A stretch of 64,000 nt of DNA, taken from assembly GCA_934777435.1 (NCBI GenBank), contig CAKVNK010000001.1, positions 172,362 to 236,361 on the forward strand. Direction: 5' to 3'. Position 1 is the stretch's first letter; every line of letters begins with the position of its first letter. Of this stretch, positions 37,906 through 47,387 are shown one piece after another. The notes beneath the pieces are model-generated. The model was not told the DNA's origin, did not search any database, and worked only from the letters and a program-made list of their open reading frames with translations. The DNA is from an uncultured Clostridia bacterium (lineage in GTDB: Bacteria; Bacillota; Clostridia; Christensenellales; UBA1242). The translations under genes and the position numbers were made by a program.

Positions 37906-38381
37906 TATTCTTGTTCGTCCTCGTCAACAAAACCTTCTGGTGGTGTGCAGATTTTATCAATGTATAACACGCCTTCCAAATGGTCATTTTCATGGCAAAC
38001 ACAAACCGCTGTCCACCCTTCGCAAGTGAAAGTGAATCTGTTGCCATAACGGTCAAACGCACTAACTGTTACTGTTTGTGGGCGTTCAACATATTCAAAA
38101 GGCAATTTAACACTTAAACAGCCTTCTTTGTGAATTTGTTTGCCAGATGTTGAAATAATTTCAGGGTTAACAAACTCTAAATACACTTCATTTATGCAAA
38201 CAACAAAAACACGTTTAAGCACGCCAACTTGCACTGCACTTAAACCTGAACCATTTGCTATTTTAACTGTTTCACGCATATCATCAAGCAATTCCCAAAG
38301 TTTATCGTCAAAAACTTTAACTGGTTTACTTTTTTTGCGTATAAAGTTATCTGTATAAGGCACAATTTCTCTTACTGCCAT
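37905..38381 (-). CDS. def: peptide deformylase
   Basis: GSGLSAVQVG, EGCLS and HENDHL motifs. ATG at 38381 with AAGGAGA SD. The ORF-track start at 38414 is unsupported. Confidence 0.93.
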   Translation of the reverse strand: MAVREIVPYTDNFIRKKSKPVKVFDDKLWELLDDMRETVKIANGSGLSAVQVGVLKRVFVVCINEVYLEFVNPEIISTSGKQIHKEGCLSVKLPFEYVERPQTVTVSAFDRYGNRFTFTCEGWTAVCVCHENDHLEGVLYIDKICTPPEGFVDEDEQE

Positions 38382-38576
38382 TAATTTCTCCTTTTGTGTT
38401 TTTATTTCTTGCATTTTGATTGAAAATTAAACTTAAAAATATCATCAGATAATTAAACAATCTATCAATTCTACCCTATTCTACTAGTTGTCAATCAACA
38501 AACCTAGTTACAATTCATTATCCGACTTATAGTGGTTAATTTAATATAAATTTTATAGTGTCTGCGTTTTAAGGCT

Positions 38577-40754
38577 TTACCTTAAACTGTTTGGGTTTGT
38601 TTCAACAAAAATGCTAACGTCTTTTTCAATCAAATCACTTGCAGAATAAAACTCTGCTGTTATTGTATCACTTGGAAGGTATCTGGTCAAGATTTGATAG
38701 CGATATTTTGTTTGAATTTTTTTAACTGGTGCTGGCATAGCCTGTAAGAATATAACAGATTTAGGGTTGTTTTGCTTTATTTGCAAACATTGGTCGTAAA
38801 TCTTTTTGGTTACTTCTTTTGCACGCTCGTCACTTGCAGAACTAACCAGTATACGCAAAATTGTGCTGAAAGGCGGAAACATTGTTGTTTGCCTTACATT
38901 GATTTCTTTTGCATAAAAACTTTCATAATCATAAGCACGTGCAAAGCGGTATACATAATGCCTTGGAGCATAAGTTTGCAACACAACTTGACCGTCAGCA
39001 TTTTTACGCCCCGCTCTGCCTGCAACTTGTGTTACAAGTTGGAAAGTGCGTTCGTTTGATTTATAGTCGCTGTTATAAAGGCTTATATCAGCATCTAAAA
39101 TACCAACAACTGAAACAAGCGGATAATCATGACCTTTTGCAATCATTTGTGTGCCAACCAAAATGCTTGGCGCAGTGTGTGAAAACTCGGTTAAAATCTT
39201 TTTATGTCCGTCCTTACCACGTGTAGTGTCGTTATCCATCCTGAAAATAGGCACATCTTTAAACATATCTGCCAATTCCTCACAAACACGTTCAGTACCG
39301 GTTGCTCCATAACGTATATTTTTACTATTACAATTTGGACAATTGGTAAGCATTTTATATTTTTTACCACAAAAATGGCATTTAAGTTGGTTATCTTCTT
39401 TATGATATACCAAACTCACTTCACAATCATCACATTTTGCACGATAGCCACACTCTCTACACATAACAAAAGACGCAAACCCACGGCGGTTTATAAATAT
39501 GATTGCCTGCTTTTTATCTTTAACACATTTGTCAAGTTTGGCAACAAGGCTTTTTGAAAATGGCGACATATTGCCGTCCATAACTTCATTTGTCATATCA
39601 ACAATTTCAATATCTGGCATTGCACTGCCATTGATACGTTGTTTAAGTTCAACCAGTTGATATTCACCCTTCATTGCCTTGTTATAACTTTCAAGTGAAG
39701 GTGTTGCACTGCCTAAAATAAGTGGACAAGCGTTTGCCCTTGCCCTAAATTCAGCCACAGTGTGAGCGTCATAACGTGGGTTATTTTCGCTTACATATGA
39801 GCCGTCATGTTCCTCATCAATCACAATAACACCAAGATTTTTAACTGGTGCAAATATTGCAGAACGAGCCCCTAAAATTACATGGGCGTTGCCTGAAAAA
39901 ATCTTTTCCCACTCGTCAAAACGTTCACCATCGCTAAGCCTACTATGTAGCACTGCCACGTCATTAGGAAAACGTGAAGTGAACCTTTGCATCATTTGTG
40001 GTGTTAAAGATATTTCCGGCACAAGCATAATGGCAGTTTTACCCTGATTTAATGCTTGTTCAATAATTGTCATATAAACTTCAGTTTTACCGCTACCAGT
40101 TACACCTTTAAGCAAAAAGGTTTTATTTTGATTTTGCATTGTTTGCACGGCTTCTTGCTGTGCTGGTGTTAATATGTTTTTTGCTTCTGCACCTGCTTCA
40201 ACCACTGGTGCACGCATTTTTCTTGTTGAGTTTTTAAGCACAATGCCTTTATCAACCAATGCGTTGACGCTTTGTCTACCAAACATTTCAACGGCTTTTA
40301 AAAATGGAATTGTGCCATTTTCATTTAAAAACGCAACCAGAGCCACCTGATTTTTAGCACGTTTGCCGATAATGTTAATTGCTGTATCAAAATCATAAAG
40401 CAAAGATAAGTTATATTCAAGTTGTTCATGTTGAGTGTCAAGCCTTACACATGAAGGCAAAGCCAAACGTATGCAATCACTTAAACGCAAAAAAAAGTGC
40501 CGAGACATAAACTGACATAAGTTCAATATCTCTGGCATCAATTTTGGTTTATCTTCCAAATTTTTTGTTATTGTTTTAAGTTTGCTAGGGTCAACTTGCG
40601 ATTTTTCACTTAATTGTATAACATAACCCAACACAAATCTGCCAGCGAAAGGAACTTTAACCCGCATACCAATTTGCGTGTTTTTAAGTGCTATATAGTC
40701 AAAAACTCGGTCAACAGCGTCATTGGGAATATCAACAATAACCTGTGCTATCAT
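38577..40754 (-). CDS. priA: primosomal protein N' (PriA helicase)
   Basis: GVTGSGKTEVY, DEEHD, and a Cys-rich Zn-binding insert (CRECGY...CDDCE...CHFCG...CPNC). Confidence 0.95.
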   Translation of the reverse strand: MIAQVIVDIPNDAVDRVFDYIALKNTQIGMRVKVPFAGRFVLGYVIQLSEKSQVDPSKLKTITKNLEDKPKLMPEILNLCQFMSRHFFLRLSDCIRLALPSCVRLDTQHEQLEYNLSLLYDFDTAINIIGKRAKNQVALVAFLNENGTIPFLKAVEMFGRQSVNALVDKGIVLKNSTRKMRAPVVEAGAEAKNILTPAQQEAVQTMQNQNKTFLLKGVTGSGKTEVYMTIIEQALNQGKTAIMLVPEISLTPQMMQRFTSRFPNDVAVLHSRLSDGERFDEWEKIFSGNAHVILGARSAIFAPVKNLGVIVIDEEHDGSYVSENNPRYDAHTVAEFRARANACPLILGSATPSLESYNKAMKGEYQLVELKQRINGSAMPDIEIVDMTNEVMDGNMSPFSKSLVAKLDKCVKDKKQAIIFINRRGFASFVMCRECGYRAKCDDCEVSLVYHKEDNQLKCHFCGKKYKMLTNCPNCNSKNIRYGATGTERVCEELADMFKDVPIFRMDNDTTRGKDGHKKILTEFSHTAPSILVGTQMIAKGHDYPLVSVVGILDADISLYNSDYKSNERTFQLVTQVAGRAGRKNADGQVVLQTYAPRHYVYRFARAYDYESFYAKEINVRQTTMFPPFSTILRILVSSASDERAKEVTKKIYDQCLQIKQNNPKSVIFLQAMPAPVKKIQTKYRYQILTRYLPSDTITAEFYSASDLIEKDVSIFVETNPNSLR

Positions 40755-40951
40755 TAGTTAGATTTAGCCCCCACAACTTCACCTTTAGCAACTTCTCTGG
40801 CGGCATAGTCAATGGCAAGGTTTGCACTTCCGTTAAGAAGGGTTGGGATTTTATTTTCCAAATCCTTGGCACGAGCACCAACAACCACGGCAACCATATA
40901 CCTGCACCCTAATTTTTCAACTAATAAATCAATAGGTGGTTCAAATAACAT
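40754..40951 (-). CDS. rpoZ: DNA-directed RNA polymerase subunit omega
   Basis: MLFEPPIDLLVEKLGCRYMVAVVVGARAKDL. ATG at 40951 preceded by GGAGG, which the ORF track translated as part of MEED from a TTG at 40963. TAATG overlap with priA. Confidence 0.85.
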   Translation of the reverse strand: MLFEPPIDLLVEKLGCRYMVAVVVGARAKDLENKIPTLLNGSANLAIDYAAREVAKGEVVGAKSN

Positions 40952-41076
40952 ATCTTCCTCCAATTTATCTTCTTTTTAGCACAAAATTAAAATTTTGGCA
41001 AATAAATTTGGCCAGTTTTTAGTTTTTTGCTTAAATTTTTCAATTTCTTTTTACAATAAAAGGCAATTAATTAAAC

Positions 41077-41613
41077 TTATTCTGCACTGTTTTCATCAAT
41101 AATGGCTTTAATATCTTTGTTTGTTTCATAAGGTGAACTTACATATCTACAAACAAATGCTGCGACAGTTTGTGTTGTCAATGGGCTTGACATACTGCCA
41201 AAAGAGATTGTGCCAGTGTTACGGCGTAAAAGTTTATCCCACAGATTAACATTAACTTGTATTGCACCAAGCATTTTAAAATCTAAACTTTTAAAATCAA
41301 CTCCTATGTAACCAGTGCGGATAATTATACGTTTGTTTGTGACAGCATACACTGTTTTTTTGCACCACAATGAAACAAAAATTGGTGGCAAACTGATTGC
41401 TAAAACTGCATAAATTATAGAGATAACCGCAATACTGATTGCTTCGCTATTTTTTGAACAAAACATCAAAATAATTGCTGGAACAAAAACAATAGATGTT
41501 AAAACTATCCATATCCAAACACCAAACCATGCACGCTTTTTATCAGGTGCGTACATTTTTTTAATTTGTTCATTTTTATCCAAAATTGGTTCAAACAATT
41601 TTTCGTCTAACAT
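41077..41613 (-). CDS. bacterial PH-domain (YdbS/YdbT-like) membrane protein
   Basis: Two TM helices followed by VYAVTNKRIIIRTGYIGVDFKSLDF...TGTISF, typical of the bPH_2 domain. Confidence 0.65.
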   Translation of the reverse strand: MLDEKLFEPILDKNEQIKKMYAPDKKRAWFGVWIWIVLTSIVFVPAIILMFCSKNSEAISIAVISIIYAVLAISLPPIFVSLWCKKTVYAVTNKRIIIRTGYIGVDFKSLDFKMLGAIQVNVNLWDKLLRRNTGTISFGSMSSPLTTQTVAAFVCRYVSSPYETNKDIKAIIDENSAE

Positions 41614-41635
41614 AATTTCCTTTTATCTATGCACT

Positions 41636-41644
41636 ATTATAGCA
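41636..41644 (-). promoter_or_regulatory. extended -10 element upstream of the PH-domain gene
   Basis: Minus strand TGCTATAAT (41644..41636). Confidence 0.35.
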
Positions 41645-41725
41645 CAAATTTTACCATGCAAGCACATTTTTTAAAAATTTTGATAATATTTTACTGCTTT
41701 TAATTTGTTTAATAATAATTTCATA

Positions 41726-42388
41726 TTATTTTGTAAGTTTGCTTAAAGCCAAATGTGCAGCGTTTTGCTCTGCCTCACGTTTGGTTGAACCTTGACCATA
41801 AGCCACAAATTGTTCATCAACAAACACGCTGGCACGGAAATTTGTTTGTCCGCCCTTTGTTTCATATGTTTCGGCTGTATATTTAATCTTTTTTTGTTGC
41901 TCTTGACAATACACTTGCAATTCACTTTTAAAGTCATTGTTTGTTAACCCTGTTGCCAACTTTTCTTTAACTTGCAAAGCCTCTAACACAGCGTTCGAAA
42001 TCGACGGCAAACCATAGGTTAAATACATAACGCCAATCATACTTTCGATTGTATCTGCTAAAACAGCGTTTGAAACCGTGCTTGATTTAAAACTTTTGCC
42101 AAACAATATGCGGTTTTCAATGCCAATTTGTTTTGCCAAATCAGCCAAACTATCAGTGCAAACAAAACTTGCACGAATCTTGCTCATTTTGCCTTCAACA
42201 TAGTGATAATGTTTGTACAAATAATCGCTTACGATTGTTGAAAGCACGCTATCACCCAAAAACTCTACACGCTCGTTGCATTGAGTGTTATGGTCGTGTG
42301 CGTATGATGAGTGCGTAAATGCCAAAGTTTTAAGTTCATCACTGCATTTTTCAAACAATTCTATAAAACTATTTTTCGCTTTTTTCAA
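41726..42388 (-). CDS. rnc: ribonuclease III
   Basis: FTHSSYA...ERVEFLGDSVL catalytic signature and a C-terminal dsRBD (GQGSTKREAEQNAA). TTG at 42388 has AAGGTGG 9 nt upstream. The ORF-track TTG at 42409 has no SD. Confidence 0.92.
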   Translation of the reverse strand: MKKAKNSFIELFEKCSDELKTLAFTHSSYAHDHNTQCNERVEFLGDSVLSTIVSDYLYKHYHYVEGKMSKIRASFVCTDSLADLAKQIGIENRILFGKSFKSSTVSNAVLADTIESMIGVMYLTYGLPSISNAVLEALQVKEKLATGLTNNDFKSELQVYCQEQQKKIKYTAETYETKGGQTNFRASVFVDEQFVAYGQGSTKREAEQNAAHLALSKLTK

Positions 42389-43370
42389 CTGCTTTCGCCA
42401 CCTTTTCAACTAATTTATTTTTTGCAAGGTTATATGCTTGATTGATTGTGTCTGCCACAATAGGTGCTTTGCTGTTACCATGGCATTTAAGCACAATTTT
42501 GTTAACACCCAAAAGTGGTGCACCGCCACATTTTGTATAGTCATATTTACCTTTCAAACCTTTAAGGCTCTTTTTAAGGAACAATGCCCCAATTTTTGCT
42601 TTTAAAGATGATTTTGCAATTTCTTTAATTTCGCTGAACAACACTTCAGCAATGCCTTCCATTGACTTCAAACAAATGTTGCCAGAAAAACCGTCACAAA
42701 CAACCACGTCCACATTGCCACGCAAAACATCACGTGATTCAATGTTGCCAATAAAATTCAATTTTGCACTTTTAAGCAACTGATATGCCTGTTTATGCAC
42801 TTCGTCACCCTTTTCTTCTTCTGTGCCGATATTAAGTAAACCAATGCGTGGTTTTTTAATGCCAAGTGAACGCATATAAATATCACCCATAACTGCAAAA
42901 TCAAGCAAGTTTTCAGGTTTACAATCTGCGTTTGCACCACAGTCCACTAACATAACTTTGCCGTCATTGATTGTTGGAAGCAATGGTGCCAATGCAGGAC
43001 GAGAAACATTTTTAATCCTACCTAATTTAAGCACTGCACCTGTTAAGGTTGCACCTGTGCTACCAGCACTTACCAAAGCAACTGCATCTTCATTATTTTT
43101 AAGATAATCATACGCCACAACAATGCTTGAAGTTTTTTTAGTGCGGATTGCAACTGTTGGCACATCATCATTTGTAACCACATCTGGTGCGTGCACAATT
43201 TCAAGACGGTCACTAACAAAAACCAACTCCTGCAAAATTTCTGTTATGCGATCCTTATCACCTACCAAAACAACTTTAAGGTCTTGATTTTCTTGCAAAG
43301 CCTTAACTGCACCAGCAACAATTTCATAAGGTGCGTAATCGCCACCAAAAGCATCAACAACTATTTTCAT
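42369..43370 (-). CDS. plsX: phosphate acyltransferase PlsX
   Basis: MKIVVDAFGGDYAP..., 333 aa, GNSKAP near the C-terminus. Confidence 0.95.
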   Translation of the reverse strand: MKIVVDAFGGDYAPYEIVAGAVKALQENQDLKVVLVGDKDRITEILQELVFVSDRLEIVHAPDVVTNDDVPTVAIRTKKTSSIVVAYDYLKNNEDAVALVSAGSTGATLTGAVLKLGRIKNVSRPALAPLLPTINDGKVMLVDCGANADCKPENLLDFAVMGDIYMRSLGIKKPRIGLLNIGTEEEKGDEVHKQAYQLLKSAKLNFIGNIESRDVLRGNVDVVVCDGFSGNICLKSMEGIAEVLFSEIKEIAKSSLKAKIGALFLKKSLKGLKGKYDYTKCGGAPLLGVNKIVLKCHGNSKAPIVADTINQAYNLAKNKLVEKVAKAVEKSEK

Positions 43371-43414
43371 ATTTCTTTCCCTTTTATTTAAATTTTTTAT
43401 TAAATTCGGTTAAT

Positions 43415-43499
43415 TTTGCAAATCAAATTTGGCAACTGTTTACAAAAACTTTCAACTTGTTTGTAAATCAAATTATTGCCATATTTTGCAAATTAAATT
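43415..43499. repeat. three copies of a 15-nt motif upstream of plsX
   Basis: TTTGCAAATCAAATT (43415-43429), TTTGTAAATCAAATT (43460-43474) and TTTGCAAATTAAATT (43485-43499). Each differs from the first by 1 nt. Confidence 0.6.
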
Positions 43500-43611
43500 T
43501 TATGTTTTATTGAAAATTAAATTTAATAATTTAATTATACCACTTTAAGTGTCAAAAGTAAAACTTTTTAACCACTGATTTAAGTTTAGATATACTTGCA
43601 TTTTTATTGAT

Positions 43612-44730
43612 TTATTTTTCAGTTTGCAAAGTTAACAAAGTTTGTTTAAACTTATATTTATGTCTTAAATCAACAACTGCTTGATATGATTTTTTTATGC
43701 TGTTTTTTGTTGCCCTTAACATAATGTTTTTTGGCGAGTGTGCAAAATCAACAAACTCAATCACGTCAACAGAATAGCCAACAGCACGCAACACTTCAGT
43801 ACGGATAGCATCAGTTAAAAGTGCAGAAAAACGTTCTTTAAACAGCCCATCTTTAAGCAAAATATCAAAGTCACCAGCCTTGGATATGCTTGAATTGATT
43901 TCATGCTGACAACAAGGCACGCTGAAAATATATTTTACATTGTTTTTTATTGCAAAATTCAGTGCATAATCAGTTGCTGTGTCGCACGCATGCAAACTTA
44001 TCACCATACCAATTTTGTTGTTGTAAAGTTTATCTGTTTTAACATCACTAACAACAAATTCCAGTCCGTCATAGCCATATTTTTGGGCAATTTGATTGCA
44101 ATGTTCAACCACTTCTTTTTTAAGGTCGTAACCTATGATTTTTGCTTTGATTTTGCGTAATTTAACAAAATAATAATACACTAAAAAGGTTAAATAACTT
44201 TTGCCACAACCAAAATCAAGCACTGTGATTTGGTCTTTATTGTAGTTTTTAAGTTCGCTATCAATAATTTCAATAAACTTGTTAATCTGCTTGAATTTAT
44301 CATACATTGAAGCAACAATTTTGCCCTCATGTGTAAAAATGCCCAAATCAACCAAAGCAGGCACATCATCACCCTCATTGATAAAATATTGTTTTTGTTT
44401 GTTATGCTCTGCCACTGCGGTTTGTTTGGTTGCTGTTTGCTTTTCCTTTAACTTAAAGCCTAATTTTGTTGCAGAAAAAACACCAGTTTTGTCAGCACAT
44501 TGCACAGTTATCTGTTTGTAGTCGGCAAAAGGCAAAGTTAAAACAATGTCAAAATCAACATTTTGATGGAACACTTGTGCCCCAATATATCGTTCGATTT
44601 GCCACTTTGTTTGCCCTTTTATTGCTGTTTTGTGAATAATAATCTTTTTGGTTTCAGTGTTAGTGTCACTTAAAATAATTTTAACCAACTCTGATTGATT
44701 TACAGTTAAATATTTTAAAACTTTTTCCAT
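43612..44730 (-). CDS. class I SAM-dependent methyltransferase (Methyltransf_32-like)
   Basis: VLDFGCGKSYLTFLVYYY SAM motif I, HACDTATD, and a ~150-aa N-terminal domain of unknown role. Confidence 0.7.
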   Translation of the reverse strand: MEKVLKYLTVNQSELVKIILSDTNTETKKIIIHKTAIKGQTKWQIERYIGAQVFHQNVDFDIVLTLPFADYKQITVQCADKTGVFSATKLGFKLKEKQTATKQTAVAEHNKQKQYFINEGDDVPALVDLGIFTHEGKIVASMYDKFKQINKFIEIIDSELKNYNKDQITVLDFGCGKSYLTFLVYYYFVKLRKIKAKIIGYDLKKEVVEHCNQIAQKYGYDGLEFVVSDVKTDKLYNNKIGMVISLHACDTATDYALNFAIKNNVKYIFSVPCCQHEINSSISKAGDFDILLKDGLFKERFSALLTDAIRTEVLRAVGYSVDVIEFVDFAHSPKNIMLRATKNSIKKSYQAVVDLRHKYKFKQTLLTLQTEK

Positions 44731-44947
44731 ACCATTATTTTAACCAATTTGCGTCATTTTGGCAAACTTTTAGGTATTATTCTTTGCAGAACGATAAACT
44801 AACAGATGTTTTTTTCATTTAACTTTCCAAACCAATAAAGCAAAAAACGAATTCACTTCAATTAAGTGTGAAAAAAATCATTATCATCGCAAAAACACTT
44901 TAGTAAGAAACTGATACATTAAAAAAACATTTACAAGTTAATTGCAA

Positions 44948-44971
44948 TAAAAAAGCCACCCAAATGGGTGG
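44948..44971 (-). terminator. rho-independent terminator after rpmF
   Basis: CCACCC (44956-44961) / GGGTGG (44966-44971) with a 4-nt loop. A U-run follows on the minus strand. Confidence 0.8.
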
Positions 44972-44988
44972 ACTTAAATTTAAAATGA

Positions 44989-45180
44989 TTATTTACTTTC
45001 TTTCTTGTCAACTGAAACTGCTTGTTCGCCATCATAGTAACCACAATTTTTACATACTTGGTGAGCCACTTTCTTTTCGTGGCAGTGTGGACATTCAACT
45101 AATGTTGGAACAGCGGCTTTCCAGTTAGCACGGCGTTTATCTCTACGTGCTTTTGAAACTTTCCCTTTTGGAACAGCCAT
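44989..45180 (-). CDS. rpmF: 50S ribosomal protein L32
   Basis: [21 protein letters not shown]...[20 protein letters not shown] (Zn-ribbon form). ATG at 45180 with GGAGG SD. Confidence 0.95.
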   Translation of the reverse strand: MAVPKGKVSKARRDKRRANWKAAVPTLVECPHCHEKKVAHQVCKNCGYYDGEQAVSVDKKESK

Positions 45181-45239
45181 TTTAATACCTCCATAAATAT
45201 TCGTGCAACAAAAAATTGCACTCGACAAAATATGGTCTT

Positions 45240-45268
45240 ATTATATCAAACCGTTTTATGTTTGTCAA
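45240..45268 (-). promoter_or_regulatory. consensus sigma-A promoter of rpmF
   Basis: Minus strand TTGACA (45268..45263), 17 nt, TATAAT (45245..45240). The leader contains the hairpin GTGCAA/TTGCAC (45203-45221). Confidence 0.7.
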
Positions 45269-45504
45269 TCGTAATTTTAAACAAATTTGTGATTTGCTGA
45301 AAATTGTTTAACATTTTAATTTGCTTTTCATTTTTCATTACAATCGTTTGCTAAAATCACTTTTAGTTGTGCCTAAATTTGCTTTTTATTGCCATTTACT
45401 ACCCTATCAAAGCAAAAATGTGTTAATTGATAACTGATAAGCATATAATTTAATGTTGATTGTTGCAAATTTTGTTTTGTAAAAGCATATAGTTTTATTT
45501 AACC

Positions 45505-45532
45505 TTGACAAAATTTCAAAAAATTGTATAAT
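45505..45532 (+). promoter_or_regulatory. near-consensus sigma-A promoter abutting the 106-aa ORF
   Basis: TTGACA (45505-45510), 16 nt, TATAAT (45527-45532). Only 9 nt separate the -10 from the ATG at 45542. Confidence 0.5.
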
Positions 45533-45541
45533 AGAGGTGCT

Positions 45542-45862
45542 ATGAAAAGAGAAATAAATTTTAAAGAAACACATATCCCAAATTTTGGAAAGTTTGAAAC
45601 TGAATTAAGCAAAATTCACGCCTGCATTGGTATGCAATTAATTGGTGATGAAGCAGAATTTTTGGTTTGTCAGTTAAAAGATATTAAAAATGAACTTATG
45701 GAGATAAGTGCACAATATAGCTATGACGCTGGGATTGTTAAAAAATGTAAAAAATTGATTGACACTTCAACATATTTAACCGCCTATTTCACTGTTTTTG
45801 TTGATAATGATAGGCCGAAAGATATTATTGACGATGAAGATAAAAAAGATTTGTTAAGTTAG
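45542..45862 (+). CDS. hypothetical protein (106 aa)
   Basis: ATG at 45542 with GAGGTG just upstream. No recognisable motif. One of only four plus-strand genes. Confidence 0.5.
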   Translation: MKREINFKETHIPNFGKFETELSKIHACIGMQLIGDEAEFLVCQLKDIKNELMEISAQYSYDAGIVKKCKKLIDTSTYLTAYFTVFVDNDRPKDIIDDEDKKDLLS

Positions 45863-46025
45863 CAAAATTCAATTTGTTTACGTCTTTAAATAATAAACAT
45901 CGAATAGTAGACAACATAAAGTTATTTAAACAAGCATAATAACAATTTAAACTTAAATTTTAAAATTTTTATTTTAAATTAAAACTAAATAGACATTTAT
46001 TATTTCACTTTCACTAAATGTCGCA

Positions 46026-46060
46026 AACAAAAAAGCGGATAACCACACCGCTTTTTTTGT
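46026..46060. terminator. bidirectional terminator between the 106-aa ORF and ackA
   Basis: AAAAGCGG (46031-46038) / CCGCTTTT (46048-46055) with A/T runs on both sides. Confidence 0.75.
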
Positions 46061-46085
46061 TAATTCTTTTGTTTATTTTTATAAA

Positions 46086-47276
46086 TTATTTAGTTAATTC
46101 TGCTGTTTCCAAAGCAATCATAAGTTCTTCATCAGTTGGAACACGGTATACTTTAACCTTGCTTGTTGGGCGTGAAAGTTCAACAATTTCATCAAATGGT
46201 TTGTTGAGTTTTACGTTCTTTTCTTCGTCCAATTCCAAGCCAAGATACTCCATATCTTTGCAAACTTCTGAACGTACAAGTTCGTCATGTTCGCCAATGC
46301 CGGCTGTGAAGATAATTGCATCAACACCATTCATTGCTGCTGCATATGCACCAATATATTTTTTGATTGAATAGCACATTGTGTCAAAAGCCAATTTAAC
46401 TTTTGGTTCATCTAAATGTGATTCAATATCACGCATATCGCTATAACCTGAAAGACCTAACAAACCGCTTTTTTTGTTGAAAGTTGTGATAACTTCTTCA
46501 GCAGTTTGACCAGTTGCGTTCATAACACCTGTAACCACGCTTGCATCAATATCACCGGTACGTGTGCCCATAACCACACCAGCCAATGGGGTGTAACCCA
46601 TAGATGTATCAACACATTTGCCGTCCTTAATTGCACAAATACTGCTACCCGAGCCAAGGTGACAAGAGATAACTTTTTTACCTTTAAGGTCGCCTAAAAT
46701 TTCGGCTGCCTTTCTTGCGATGTATTTATGGCTTGTGCCGTGTGCCCCATAACGGCGGATACCATATTTTTCATAATATTCATATGGCAAGGCGTACATA
46801 TATGCTTTTTCTGGCATTGTCATATGGAAAGCGGTATCAAACACGGTTACGTTTTTAACACCTGGCATTAAATCCATACATGCTTGCAAACCTGTTAACG
46901 CACCTGGGTTGTGCAAAGGTGCAAATTGAACACATGTTTTCATATCTGCAAAAATTTCAGGTGTTACAACAATAGATTTACAATATTTTTCACCCATATT
47001 AACCACACGGTGACCAATGGCTTTGATTTCGCTTAAACTTGCAATAACGCCATATTCTTTGCTTGTTAATGTGTCAAAAAATAATTGAAATGCTTGTTTA
47101 TGTGTTGGCATTGCACTGTCGATTCTAACCTTTTCGCCGTTCCATTTATATGTCATAAATGAACCGCCAAGACCAATACGTTCGCAATATGCGTTGGCAA
47201 AGACTTTACCATTTTCAGTTTCCATAAGTTGGGCTTTTAAACTGCTGCTACCAGCATTAACTACTAAAACTTTCAT
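46086..47276 (-). CDS. ackA: acetate kinase
   Basis: MKVLVVNAGSSSLK..., GHRVV, HLGSGSS and TAGIGE motifs. 396 aa. Confidence 0.96.
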   Translation of the reverse strand: MKVLVVNAGSSSLKAQLMETENGKVFANAYCERIGLGGSFMTYKWNGEKVRIDSAMPTHKQAFQLFFDTLTSKEYGVIASLSEIKAIGHRVVNMGEKYCKSIVVTPEIFADMKTCVQFAPLHNPGALTGLQACMDLMPGVKNVTVFDTAFHMTMPEKAYMYALPYEYYEKYGIRRYGAHGTSHKYIARKAAEILGDLKGKKVISCHLGSGSSICAIKDGKCVDTSMGYTPLAGVVMGTRTGDIDASVVTGVMNATGQTAEEVITTFNKKSGLLGLSGYSDMRDIESHLDEPKVKLAFDTMCYSIKKYIGAYAAAMNGVDAIIFTAGIGEHDELVRSEVCKDMEYLGLELDEEKNVKLNKPFDEIVELSRPTSKVKVYRVPTDEELMIALETAELTK

Positions 47277-47307
47277 AAATTTTTCCTTTTATATGATTGA
47301 TAGTTAA

Positions 47308-47336
47308 ATTTTAACACAAAATTTGCTTTTTGCCAA
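47308..47336 (-). promoter_or_regulatory. sigma-A promoter of ackA
   Basis: Minus strand TTGGCA (47336..47331), 17 nt, TAAAAT (47313..47308) with TG at the extended -10 position. Confidence 0.5.
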
Positions 47337-47387
47337 ACATTTTAAGGCGTGCGTTGACTGTTTGTTAAATGTTTCTAACAGTCTATC

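Noticed and set aside
43415-43499. Possible CRISPR-like array (repeated 15-mers).
   Set aside because: There are only three short, AT-rich copies with irregular 10-30 nt gaps and no cas genes. They are more consistent with operator or promoter elements.
47356-47383. 7-bp hairpin GACTGTT/AACAGTC right after the pta stop, considered as a terminator.
   Set aside because: There is no U-run after it on the transcribed strand, and ackA has its own promoter just downstream. At most it is a weak pause or processing site.
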